A stretch of 64,000 bases of DNA. It comes from the human T2T-CHM13v2.0 reference genome, Homo sapiens. A model generated the notes under the pieces. The model ran no database searches, had not been told where the DNA came from, and worked only from the letters and a program-made list of their open reading frames with translations. Each line of letters opens with the position of its first letter. Within the stretch, counting starts at the first letter, position 1. Below are positions 1 through 13,531 of this stretch, piece after piece. The position numbers were made by a program, and so were the translations under genes. Location: the NCBI RefSeq assembly GCF_009914755.1, contig NC_060938.1; one strand, given 5' to 3'.

Positions 1-726
1 TCTATGTGCACCAAAACTACTTACATGATATTGGTTTTCAGTGCCTGCTACAACAAAAACAATATCCCAGTAACAGCCCACTTTACTTTCTGTGGGTAGA
101 CAATGCCCTCACAGGGGTTATTAACTTCTCCCAGAGAAGCTTTTGTCTTTGCAATCCTGAATGCATTTCTCTTCATATTAGATTTTACCAGTCACCTTGT
201 TGATTATGAAATGCTAAGTCAGGGTCTTTATTAGACTGACTTTGCTTTCCCTTTAATAATTCAGGTAATTATTATATTTACAGAATTTGCCTATTTTTTG
301 AAATCAACACTTTGTTAATCACCAGACCCATGACAATCTATAAGTAGCCACTTTACGTGGCTTATAGATCTAAAGTGAATGTTGGTTTTCACACATTCAT
401 TCATAACTATTATTTTTACTGATATATTAGGCAAAATATAAGATTCATTTATGAGTTTGTTCATCAGCTAGTTATAAAATTCCTGTTGCATGGTAAGTGC
501 TGTCTGTATTGGGCAACAGAGATAAAATGGGAAACAAAACAAAAATCTTCCCTACTGTCATGGGGTTTACAACACCTGGACTTCTCAAAGGACACTGAAT
601 CAAAGGTTCTTCTCTAAGACTTTGTATGAAGTCTTAGTCAGAATCAAAGATGGTTGGCACCATCATTCACTAAAGTGGCCTGAGAAGTAAAAAACCTCTG
701 TATGGCAAGGAGCAGTGGGACCTCTC

Positions 727-1756
727 TTTTTTTAAACTTTTATTTTAGGTTCAGGGGTACATGTGCAGGTTTCTTACTTAGGTAAATTGCGTGTCACAGG
801 GATTTGGCATACAGATTATTTTGTTAGCCAGATAATAAACATAGTACCCAATAGCTTTTCAATCCTCACCCTCCTCCCAACCTCCACCCTCAAGAAAGCC
901 ATAGTTCCTGTCATTCCCTTCTTTGTATCTCTATGTACTCAATGCTTAGCTCCCATTTTTTAAGTGAGAACATGCAGTATTGGGTTTTCTTTTCTTGTGT
1001 TAGTTCACTTAGCATAATAGCCTCTAACTCCATTCATGTTGCTGCAGACATGATCTCATTCTTTTTATGGCTGCGTAGTATTCCATGGCATATATGTATC
1101 ACATTTTCTTTATCCAGTCTACTATTGATGGGCATTTAGGTTGATTCCATGTCTTTGCTATTGTGAATAGTGCTGCAATGAATGTATGTGTGCATGTGTC
1201 TTCATGGTAGAATAATTTATATTTCTTTCAGTATATATCCAATAATGGGATTGCTGGCTGGAATAGTAATTCTGTTTTAAGTTCTTTGAGAAACTGCCAC
1301 AACCATTGGTGGGGAGCTAGTGCAGTTGTTTGGAGGTAAGAAAATACTCTGGCTTGTTGAGTTTCCAGAGTTCTTGTGAAGGTTCTTTCTCATTTGTGTA
1401 GGTGGATGTTCCTTCAATCTTTGAAGTTGCTGTCCCTTGGATGGATTTTTGTTGCTTTCATCTTCTTTGATGCCCTTGGGGGCTTGATTGTGGTATAAGG
1501 TAGGTTCAGTCAACTCATTTAAGTTCGCTTTTCCAGGAGTCACTGGGGACCAGGAATGAGTCCTGGTGCATGGTAATCCCATGCAGAGTTCCCAGCCATC
1601 CCTCTGTCAGCCCAGCACCTGTGTCTTCCCACATCCACTGTCAATGCCTTCCCTCTGAGATTTGCTCAGAGTGCGCCTGTCTTCGCAATGTCCCCATCTC
1701 TTGGTGACAGATGTTCCTCTTGGCTGCATCTAGTCAGCCATCTTGAATCAATCTCT
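727..1756 (-). mobile_element. L1 (L1PA15/16-like), both termini present, internally deleted
   Basis: 727-1300 is the antisense L1 3' end (polyT, TTCAGGGGTACATGTGCAGG, GTGAGAACATGCAGTATT). ~1301-1530 resembles the 5'UTR/ORF1 start. ~1535-1750 is the extreme 5' end (CTAGTCAGCCATCTTG). Flanking TSD-like GGACCTCT(A)CTT at 718-728 and 1757-1768. Confidence 0.85.
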
Positions 1757-3079
1757 GGACCTCTACTTAATATCCCTGAGAATCTCCTTCTCTGTTGTCA
1801 CCGGTGCACCAACTGCCAAAGACACCATTTTTGCAGTGTTTGGTGGGGGGTTTGTTTACCTCTACAATTGCGTAACTGAATGACCCTGAGCAAACGGTTT
1901 AACCTTTCTATAATTAACAGGATTTCTTCTTACATCCAAGCCCTCCCTGCTGCTCTGACCCAGCTGTGGGTGATAGATCATTTTCAATTCTGCAAACCAC
2001 GGCTGAGAAAGATGGCAGTGTGTAAGGCTCCTCTGATAGATTAGGAATCATGGAAGGAAGGGACATTGGCTGCTAGCTATGGCTGCTCAGACAGACAACC
2101 CATGGGTCTTGGTTCTCTCTAGTGGATCTCTACAGGGCTTCCTTAAAGTCAGAGGCTGGCTTTGCCTTAAGATTCTTGAGCATGAGTAGAACTCCCAACC
2201 CAAAGTAAAGAGAGCAAAATCCAGAGAAGGACTTTTCTCCATTCTAAGGCCCGCCTCCCAAGTCCTTAATTTCTGTTTTAAGGTCTGGCTCATCTCAAGA
2301 AGAATGACACTTGAAATTATGACACAGAAAGACCCTGTCTTCTACCCAAAGGGGTGTGGCATTGTCTGGTGATGTGGGCTGCTTAAGCACGTTTAAACAC
2401 AGTAGTCCAACACCAGTAAATGATACCCTACAGCAGGGAGATGTTTCCTTATGGTTCTGTTGAATTCTCTGGCAGAATGTGAATTCTATCCAACCTCAAG
2501 ATTTGTTGCTTATCTAGTACGATTGGCTGCCTTGTCCACAACATCCTAAAGGCCCTCTGCTCTTTTCTCTTAAAGGGCACTCTAAAGTGCCTTCCCAGTG
2601 TGTAGGAACAGGACTGAAAGGGCCGTTTTTCTTGGCTGCTGGTGACTTTCCAAAGCGAGTGTCTTTCCCTTCTCACCTTGTCCATGGCCCCTTGTGCCCT
2701 TTATTTGCTCTTTCTGCCTGATGTAGCAGCCACAAGCTGAGAGGGCTTTCTGTGAAGTGGCAGGACCTGACATAAGCAGCTTTGTGCAGTGGGAAGGAAA
2801 TGTTTATGTTATTATACACCTGGGACCTCTAAGTCCACAAGGTTCACTTTTTATTGTACACCTGGGACATCCTTATCTACACTTCTGGCTCAATTTGTTT
2901 TTGGTTTGGTTTAGAAGGTTTTCTTCTCCCTAAAATCTCCCTTAAGTCTTAGGCCCTTTTTATGCAGAAATGCCTGATCTCCAGGCTCAAAAAAAGCATC
3001 TTGTGCAAGGGAAATCGTTTTAGATTTAGGAAACCTCTTACACAGTAAATTTGAATTTTCAAGGTGACTGAAAACTTAA

Positions 3080-3312
3080 ATTCAACAAATATTTTTATCC
3101 ACCTAGTTTATACTCAAAGTGTGCTAGATGCAAGGGATAGCACGGTGGTAACGATAGACATGGTCCCAGCTCTAGTAGAGCCTGTGATCTGGTGGAGAAA
3201 CAGGCACTAAATCAATAGCTACAAGAGTGATGAATGTTACAAAAGAAGAGATTCAAGATGCTACAGGTACATAGAGCAGGAGGATTTAACCTAATCTAGG
3301 GGATTTGGGGAG
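3080..3312 (-). mobile_element. L2 3' fragment
   Basis: TTCAACAAATATTT...GTGCTAGATGCAAGGGATA...GACATGGTCCCAGCTCT...GAGCCTGTGATCTGGTGG, typical antisense L2 tail. Confidence 0.7.
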
Positions 3313-4596
3313 TTTTCATTTAACTCTGCTGTTGTCTAACTGAATGACCCTGAGCAAATGTTTTAACCTTTCTATAATTAATAGCATTTCTTCTTACTCG
3401 CCAAGCTCTCCCTGCTCCAGCCAAGGCTCCTGGGTCTATGAACTGTAACGTCAAGAGAGAATACTGTCAACAACAGTAAGCCTGACTGCAGAGAGTAAAC
3501 ACAAGGAGAAAATGGCCTTGGAACCACAGAGTAGACTCCAGAGTATCAGGACCATTTGGAGGAGAGAATGGGGAAAAGGCTCGTGGGCAGACAGCAGTAA
3601 ACCCTGTGATAGACATTCCATCTGTCCATTAGTATAAACCTGGCACTTAGCCCAGTGATCCTCAAATATTTGTGGAATGAATGAAATGCAAAGCAATGTC
3701 AATTTCTGTCCACAGCTGCTTGACTCTTAAGGTTAGTGTTGATCCCTTTGGGGAATATAGGCGAGCAGATGACCCCATACATTGGCTAACTATGAATTGA
3801 GTGGATCCAATGACCACTGCCCTCCTTGTGCAGATCGCCCCACGGATCACTGGCTGTGTGCCCATCTACCCCTTTCTACAAGAACTTTTCTAGCCCTGCC
3901 AAGCAACTGGTTCTGTTCATGATGCTGTGGGGTTACCACAAAATACGTAATAGCTCCATTCACTTAGAAAGACTCATCCTAGATAAGAATTATCCTGCCT
4001 CATCTACCCCTCCCTCATAGTTTTTCATCTCATCCATTCCCTCCTCCTCCCCATGCCGTTATCAACTTTATACATTGGACCCCATCCTGGGACTCATACT
4101 CTGCTAATCCTGTTCTTGGAGTTAGGGAGGTTATTCAAGTGGCTTGGAGAGGAGATGGGGAAAGTCACTCTAGACAAGAAACATTCAGACTCTACCTAGG
4201 ACTAAGGTCAATCACAATACTCCAAGCATTACTGGAGCAAATTATAACCGTAGTCGGGTCAGCTTGCACATTCTATGCTATATATATAATGAGGGAGATA
4301 TAGTTTTCATGGCAGGTTCTCTGTTAACAATGGGCAAAGACTTTGGGGATTGATGTCTGCAGGGAAAGGATAGAAGGAACTGAAACTTCTCTCCACAGAA
4401 GCACCTGAAACCCAGTCTGTGGGCCTTTCGTGTCAGAATCTAGTGAAATGATTTTGACACCACACACGGCAAATCTGTGCATGTTTTTCTGTAACAAAGA
4501 ACTGAGAAAATCAGGAGTCCTTATCAAAGGGAACCTTTGATGACCCTCTGGTGGTCACCTTTTATAGTGAAAATGTTTGGTAAATAGAGAAAAAGG

Positions 4597-5031
<435 letters not shown>

Positions 5032-5709
5032 TCATAGCCCTGCCACTTCTACATGCATTGGAGGAAGTGATTTCTCCACTTTCTGAGATCCTAGAGGACT
5101 TAATTTGCATCTCTATGATAAGAATTTTACCATTATGATCTTTTTATTCTCATCTGTTTTATTGCTACAGGATTATGGGCTCCTCTGGACAGTGTTTTAT
5201 TCATCTTCCTCTCTCACTCTCCTTTACAGAGTAGGCCCCTAATAAATATATGCAGAATGAATAAGCAAAATCAATAATTAATAGATAGCAAATACATTCA
5301 TGCTGACTTCTATGATTCTTTTTCTCTTTTCTGTCTTAGGTTTTTAAAAGTAGTACAATAAACCTATTGCTAGTGTCTCAATATTTGCCTCCAAGAGAAT
5401 AAATTGTCCTTTTAAGAAACAAAACTATCTTTATCTAAATCAAGGCTGAAAAAGATATCTAGGTACTTCCAAGTTACTGAGCACCCCTGCCCTGGCTTTC
5501 AGGAATTACAGCTGCTGATTAAACATCTGTTTCCCTGCCTTTTCTCTACTTATTATCCTTCTCTACTTATTCATCCTTCAAGACTACTTGAATTTTTATC
5601 TTCTTACTCAGTAAAGGCTTTCTCTGTCTACCAAAGCTGGAAACGTTTTTTTCTTTTCTGATATCTAGCATGACTCATTACTATTCCCATTCATTCAGTA
5701 CAGATGATG

Positions 5710-5930
5710 TAGGGACAAGCACTTTGGAGACAGTACCTTGGTTCAAGTCCTACTGTGCTACTCAGTGATGGTCAGTGACCCTTTGATCTTGAGTTTCCTC
5801 GTGATGTTGATAAACTCCTGTGTTGGGATGACTGGTCTAGAGGGTGAGATGAGGATATGCATAGAAGATGCCTATTCCAACACCTGGTGCTTATTGAGGG
5901 CTCCATTAAAGGCAACTGCTCTTATTATTT
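5710..5930 (+). mobile_element. MIR
   Basis: GCACTTTGGAGACAG...GGTTCAAGTCC...GAGTTTCCTC...CCTGGTGCTTATTGAGGGCTC...TTATTATT. Confidence 0.65.
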
Positions 5931-6004
5931 GCATATATCTTATGCCATGCTCTAGATTGTAAATTCAAGTATTATGTATCTTTCCAAATAACAGCATCTG
6001 ACTT

Positions 6005-7113
<1,109 letters not shown>

Positions 7114-7406
7114 GACTTCAAGGTTTCTAATTAAATATATGGCAGAGTTTGCAGCTGAGACTGCGGGTCAGGGTGGTGAGCTTGATTAGAGGGGTGGAAG
7201 TTTAAGCTAGAATGAATAAGAAAAGAAACCCATCAAGGAACATTTAAAAAACAAAGTTTGTTCTCTTTGATCTTGGGGAAAGTAAGTCATGTACTCCATT
7301 TAGTACAAATAACAACCCCTAACCACATTGTCCATATTGCAGGGTTTCCTAAGTTCACACCAATGAACCAATCTCTGTTTATGAAATGCGCTCTGCCTGT
7401 GCTTGC

Positions 7407-7411
<5 letters not shown>

Positions 7412-7451
<40 letters not shown>
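7412..7451. repeat. (AC)20 microsatellite
   Basis: Perfect dinucleotide run. Confidence 0.98.
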
Positions 7452-7452
<1 letters not shown>

Positions 7453-7649
7453 ACTCTACATCTTTGCCAATTCATAACCAATCACCTCAATTATGGAGGG
7501 TGATAGTCTTTTCTTTCTTTAATTAATGAGTTTCCAGTTTAGATGTGTGATCTTTACACAGTACTATTTAATACTGTGCAGTTTAGATTCAGGTAATACC
7601 ACAGTGGCAGTTATTTCTAGCAGCAGGTGTGGTTGGTTACTTTTATAGA

Positions 7650-7840
7650 CATATGCTCACTGTGATCCAGGGACTATGTTGGACACTTGATACCTATGTT
7701 ATCATATTGAAAATCCTTACAACCATACTGTAAGCTGACTGATGGGGAAACTGAAATGTATTGATATTAAGGAATTTGCTCAGGGTCGCCTGGCTTGTTA
7801 AGGTAAACTTTGAGGTTGCAGGTGCGGGTCTGGGACCTTA
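7650..7840 (-). mobile_element. MIR
   Basis: AATCCTTACAACC...GATGGGGAAACTGA...GAATTTGCTCAGGGTCGC core in antisense. Confidence 0.65.
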
Positions 7841-8049
7841 AACATCATCATGTCACCTAGCTACAGCAAGAGCCAGCAGAACAATACTCTTCAGCCTGGT
7901 TTTGATATGGAAGATGCTCTTCAGCTTCATGCTGGCTTGAATTTCCTTTGCAGTGAAGGGAGAGGAGAAAGTGCATTTTAATAAGCTTCAATTAAATTAA
8001 TTTCATTTTACTTCTTTTGATGTATGGTCTCTTCAAAAAATCCAATTCT

Positions 8050-8220
8050 ACTGATGTTTATTAAGTGCCTCTACTTACTTGGAGAGTGCCAGGCACTTCA
8101 GGGGATCTATGGATGAGTGTGATTCAGCCCTGCTTCAAGAGCTCACAATCTAGTGGAGAGGATGGGAGTGTGCAATTTGCTCTAATACTAGATTGAATGT
8201 AATAAGTACCATCAGAAGTG
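8050..8220 (-). mobile_element. L2 3' fragment
   Basis: TTTATTAAGTGCCT...CCCTGCTTCAAGAGCTCACAATCTAGTGGAGAG. Confidence 0.6.
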
Positions 8221-9809
8221 GCCCAAACTGTGGTTTTTTAATTCTGAAATGCAAGGTTATGTGACTAATTAGAAAATTGGCTTGGCAGTGCCTAAACACC
8301 GGAAGCATCACACAATAGAACTCTTATAAAGGGTCTTTATTTCAAACATGATTATGCATTTGTTCAAATCTATGGCATACAATGAGTGAAGAATGTATTG
8401 ATGGTGGTGACATCATCTGCCAGGCTGTGAAGGTCAACAGTGCCAGCCCAAGTTGTGGCATAGTGTTGGGTGATTTAAAACTCAGGGGCAAGACAGTAAA
8501 CTCACAACAATCCCAGTGGTGGTGCATGACCTGCAGCTGTTCTTGGTTCTTTGTGTGTTTTGGCAAGCAACAGCTGTTCAAGACATTGAACTGCAATTGC
8601 ACAAAAATATATGTTATGTGAAGTTGTTGGTTTTTCTTCTTTTATTACTATAGGGTGCTTTTTTGAAGTTAACTTCGGAAATATTGTGAACTCAGAATAG
8701 GTCAAGTCCTATATATTCCAGCTAAACAATTGTTTAATACATTTTTAAGGAGATTTAAAAGTAGGGCAGTAGATACTGCCATAAAATTCTTTTCCAGGTT
8801 TACTGCAAGCTTTTGGAAGAAAGAAATAGGAGCTAGAGAACATGAGCTAGTACAATGTACCATGTGCAAATAGGAATTTAATAAATGCTTCCCAATTCTT
8901 TTTTTTAAATTGGTCTCCTAGGTGTGTTAGGTTCTGTAATAGTCACTTCCAAAATACACAGCTGAAAAAAGCATTGCTTTTGTCTTCTAAGGTTTTATAT
9001 CTAAATAGAAAGGCTGGGGAAATGGTCCACTGACAGGTCAAAAGCAAGATTTCTAGTGTCATATTATTGGGAACACACACGAAGCCAGAAAATCCATCAT
9101 TTCATAACTTTTGTAGCACTTCACACTATTCTACCACCACATAGATGTTTGCTTCCATATTTGTCTGAACATCCTTGCATTTTCTTTGCCACACTCCCCT
9201 GCTGCAATCAGTCCATGCCTCCCTGATGGATTGGTTGCAGCAGCATTTGGTGTTGCTTGGATGAGGTGATGGATGCTTCTCTCTCTTCTTCAGCTACTTG
9301 GAGCCAAAATACAAAAGTGCTGGTTAAAAGGTGATTAATCTTCCCTAATGGTTTTGTGCATTGCAAACAGGACTGCAGCCACCATGTCTTCATTAGCCTT
9401 AATCAGGGCCCACATTACCTCAGATCAGGTAATCGGTTATTTATTATAGAACAGCAGGCAAAGGCCTTTTGAGCAAGTGTCAACTGTATAAAGTCTATTT
9501 GGAAAGGAAAAATAGTGGGGTTCCAGTTGCCAAGCATCCATAGGGAAGGAATTAAAGCTGGAGTGTATTTCTGGGCACCTCTCCTGCTAAGCACTTTGGT
9601 TGATGGAGGGCAGCGGGTGGCTTTGAGGTCATCAGGATGGACACTCAGTAACAGCCCTTTGCCTTTTTTTTTTTTTTTTTAACTTCTTTTTTGCTTCCAG
9701 GGTGACATTATCTGGGTCTAGGGACTGAAACAGTTTGGGAAATGTTGTCTTCTGAAAATGGAAGATGGATTTTTAGTATCTTTGGGGGTTTGGTGTACTT
9801 CTTAAAATA

Positions 9810-10510
9810 TGAGTTTAGAACTTGCTGTATGCCCAGTAATATTCAGGGTACTGGGGATACAGAGATGAGCACAACAGACCAAGCTCCAAGCTTTTGAAGC
9901 TTACATTGAATGGAAAAGACAGGTAATAAGCAAGTAAACACATGCAATAGAATAAAATATTAGCACTTTCTGAAAAAAAGCAAAGCAGGTAAGGAAAGAA
10001 AGAGTGGGGCAGGGACTGATCAGGGAAGTCTTCCCTGAGGAAAAAACATTTGTGTTGGGATTAAGTGAAGGGAGGTGTATTAGTCCATTCTCACACTGCT
10101 ATAAAGAAATACCTGGGACTGGGTACTTTAAAAAGAAAAGAGGTTTAATTGACTCACAGTTCTGCATTGCTGGGAAAGCCTCAGGAAACTTACAATCATG
10201 GTGGAAGGTGAAGGGGAAGAAAGGCATCTTCTTCACAAGGCGACAGGAAGGAGAAGTGCCGAGCAAAGGGGAAAGGCCCCTTAGAAAACCATCAGATCTC
10301 AAGAGAACTCACTGTCACAAGAACAGCATGGGGTAACTGGCCCCATGATTCAGTTACCTCCCATCAGGTTCCTCCCACAACACATGGGGATTAGGGAACT
10401 ACAATTCAAAATGAGATTTGGATGGGGATGCAGCCAAACCATTATCAGGAGGGGTGCCCAGCGTTGTAAGAAGGGCCTTCTGTGCAGAGGGAACAGCCAG
10501 TGCAGAATTC
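9810..10510 (-). mobile_element. L2 fragment interrupted by a THE1 LTR
   Basis: GGTACTGGGGATACAGAGATGAGCACAACAGAC...AGCTTACATT...CAGGGAAGTCTTCCCTGAGG; resumes GCAGAGGGAACAGCCAGTGCA after the LTR. Confidence 0.7.
10076..10447 (-). mobile_element. MaLR solo LTR, THE1D/THE1C-like
   Basis: TGTATTAGTCCATTCTCACACTGCT...CAGCCAAACCATTATCA, TG..CA ends, 5-bp TSD GGAGG (10071-10075, 10448-10452). Confidence 0.95.
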
Positions 10511-10881
10511 ATTCTTCAAGTGGCTATGTTCCTTTTATTTATTTTATATTTTGCACTTCCTAAGAATCATTCCATGGAATCAATCCATTCCATCCCTTCC
10601 ATAAAGTACAAGCAAAGTTAAACGAGCTGAAGTAGGTGAATCACTAGAACGGTGTCTGGCATATCATTCATGTTCAAAAAAAATGTGAGCTGCTTCCTTT
10701 CAATGTGCAACTCAAGAAAATGACTTGCCATCCATTCTTACATACAGAGGGTGGCTACCATTTGCCACTGAAACACCATATTCTATAGCTTCAGGCCATC
10801 AATGGGAAGCATCTTCCTTTTGCTTCCCTCTCTCCTTTCTCTCTTTTTTTCTTCTCACCTGTGTGCTGAAACACAAGTGCC

Positions 10882-10948
10882 TCAAATTCAGGTTTTTAAA
10901 TAAATAAAATTCAATAAAATCAAATTCAGGTTTTTAAATAAATAAAAT
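10882..10948. repeat. Local tandem duplication (29 bp x2, period 38)
   Basis: TCAAATTCAGGTTTTTAAATAAATAAAAT at 10882-10910 and 10920-10948. Confidence 0.9.
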
Positions 10949-11394
10949 AAATGTAATCTGCAGATCACAGAGTGAACAGCTGATGACTCTGTGATAACAT
11001 CATATCACATCCACATATTCCATACCATGATCCTTAAAGAATACATGCACACACAGAACAGTGGGAACAGCTGAATTAGGTATTAAAGTGGAGTATAAAT
11101 AGAAATGGGTAAGTTTTGTGGGTAGCTGAGAATTTAGAGCATTTAGGAGTTCAGAACATCATTTTAGTGCAGGAATGTTGGTCTTTCTTGCTAGGATCTG
11201 TAGAGACACATGATAATGATGGCCTTTCAGGGCTTGGTAAAACATTGTAATCTGTATAATATTGTGATTATCTCCAAAGCTATCCTTAAAATGTTTGGGG
11301 CCCTAACATCAGTGTTCAAAATCCCAAAATATTATTCTCATCAGCAAAATATTGCTCCTACACACAAGGTACCTCTTCTCCTTTCTTCACTTGC

Positions 11395-11600
11395 TAATAA
11401 TAATAGCAAGTATTAATATAAAGTATTTGTTGAGCAATTATTAAATATGTCATCTCTAACACAACAGTCCAAAAAGACAGGCCTAAGTTCTTCTACTTTA
11501 TAGATATTGAGACTCATAGAGGCATAAAGTCCTACAGTATAAATGAGAAGCTGGGATGGCCCTGGATGTGACTGCCTGTAAAGCCAGTTCTTCACTCATA
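11395..11600 (-). mobile_element. MIR (degenerate)
   Basis: AATAATAATAGC...CTTTATAGATATTGAGACTCATAGAGG...GTGACTGCCTGTAAAGCC. Confidence 0.5.
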
Positions 11601-12284
11601 CTATTTGTTATTTTTCAAAACATTCAACCATTCTCTTCCCTTTGAGAGTTTATCATTTTTCTCCCTAAGTCCTGGAGAATCTTTCTTGGCAATGTCCTGA
11701 TATTCTATTCATTATTTTCCTACCCTAGTTCTTTCTTTTCATAGTCTTTATCCTTTCAAATCTAGACTGCTGTTCTTTTCTGTTGGTCCTCCAGACTCCA
11801 AATACCTTCCAGTATCAGCTAGTCTTATGCACTGTGATTGGATAGTTAAATACTACTTTGACACAAGGCTGCCATCTTACTGTTGGAACTCTCCACTGTT
11901 CTTATAGTAATCATCAGGCTCTGAACACTGGCTTCCCAGCCCTGTATAATCTCCCCCACTTTATTTATCCAAACTTATTTCAGCAGCATGGCTGAAGTCA
12001 CTATCCATGGAACTCACTGCGTGTGTTCCCCCGATACCTTGTCTCAAACTGTATGCCCTACTAAAAGGGCCTCCACCTTTTCTTTACATTCTAAAAGGTC
12101 CAGATCAATTTTTCCCTCTACCATGAAATTTATTTTCCCTTCTCCTGGCATATTGATCTTTCCCTGTGAACACTTTCTGTAAACTTGAAAGGTCTATAAA
12201 ATGGTCCTTTTTATATAGTCTTTCAATAGAAACATTTTATCTTACAAAAGATGCCCCTTACTGAAAATGGATTATTTTCTTTGG

Positions 12285-12715
12285 CGATGGGTGACTGTTC
12301 AGCTGAAACTAACAGAAAACACAACAAATGTTGACTTAACCAGTTAGAGGTTGAAGACATTAAGTAAGAAAAAGTTGAGAAGTATGCTCGCCAGGGTGAG
12401 GCAGCTGTTTAACGATGCCATTTGGGAGCCACTCTCTTCTATCTTTCTGTTTCATCATCCTTGATGTATATGCTTTCAGCCTCCAGTTTGTTGCCTCTTA
12501 GTCACAGTATAGTTGCTGCACCTCCAGGCAAGAGGAATGGAACAGCAGAAGTCCAGGTATGTCTCATCGGTCAGCATTGGTCAGAATTACATAACATGTT
12601 ACCCCTAGCTGCAAGGGAAGCTAGGAAATTGAGTTTTGAGCTTTTAAGCTTGTATAGAGAAAGTAGGACTGGAAAAATGTGCTCAAGAACTGATCTTAAG
12701 TAAATAAGCCTATAG
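12285..12715 (-). mobile_element. Old MaLR/ERVL LTR (MLT1J/K/L-like)
   Basis: AACAGAAAAC...GACTTAAC...CATTGGTCAGAATT...CCCCTAGCTGCAAGGGAAGCTAGGAAA. Confidence 0.7.
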
Positions 12716-12789
12716 TATAAGGCGCAGCAAAGCTTAATGAATAGATTTTTATATTCATATAATGCTCCATTCTTTTATGATGGGAAAGA

Positions 12790-13000
12790 TATTAGAGTGA
12801 AGAAAATGGAATACTGGAGTCAGATTCAATTGTTACTGAATATTGGCACTGTCCTCTTGTAGTCTTGAGTAAGTGACTGTTCTTTCTGAGACAGATTTCC
12901 TCATCTAAACATTTGGCTTAATAATAACACTGCCTCTTAGAGTTACTGTGATGATTAAAAGAGGCGATGCCTGCAGCCTATGATGTGGCACATGTCAATT
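12790..13000 (+). mobile_element. MIR
   Basis: CTGGAGTCAGA...TCTTGAGTAAGTGACT...TTTCCTCATCTA...AGAGTTACTGTGATGATTAAA. Confidence 0.7.
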
Positions 13001-13479
13001 CTTTTTCCCTCTTCCATTTGAGGCCCTGGTAGGTGTGGAGAAAATCCTAAAAACAATAAAACAAACCAACAAACAAACCAGAAAAATTGAATCAATGAAG
13101 ACAATATCTGCCACCAGCTAGTCCCATAAACTCATTTCAATAAGGAAAAAATATCACCCCAGTAACGGAACTGCAGGAGTGTTTTAGATTTATTTATCTT
13201 GTAATTGAGTGGAAAGGAAATCTCTGAATGTTTGTGAAGGTGTTGACCCATGGATACTAAGGTATGTGAAAATAACTCACACATCTCAGGTGTTTAATGA
13301 GGATCAATAACAATTTGTGGGCCCATCAGCTCTACAGTCCTATCACCTCAAATCACACACAGGAACCCTGCTTCTGAAAAGTGGCACTTGGGAGAGAGAA
13401 TGGCAGAGTGAAATCCAATTAGCAAGATCTGCAAAAGAGGCACATGTGCCAGAATCATGCGTGATCCCAGAAAAAAAAG

Positions 13480-13531
13480 TATATATATATATATATAACT
13501 ATTATAATTTTATATATATATATATATATAT
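13480..13531. repeat. Interrupted (TA)n
   Basis: Two (TA) runs around ACTATTATAATTT. Confidence 0.9.
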
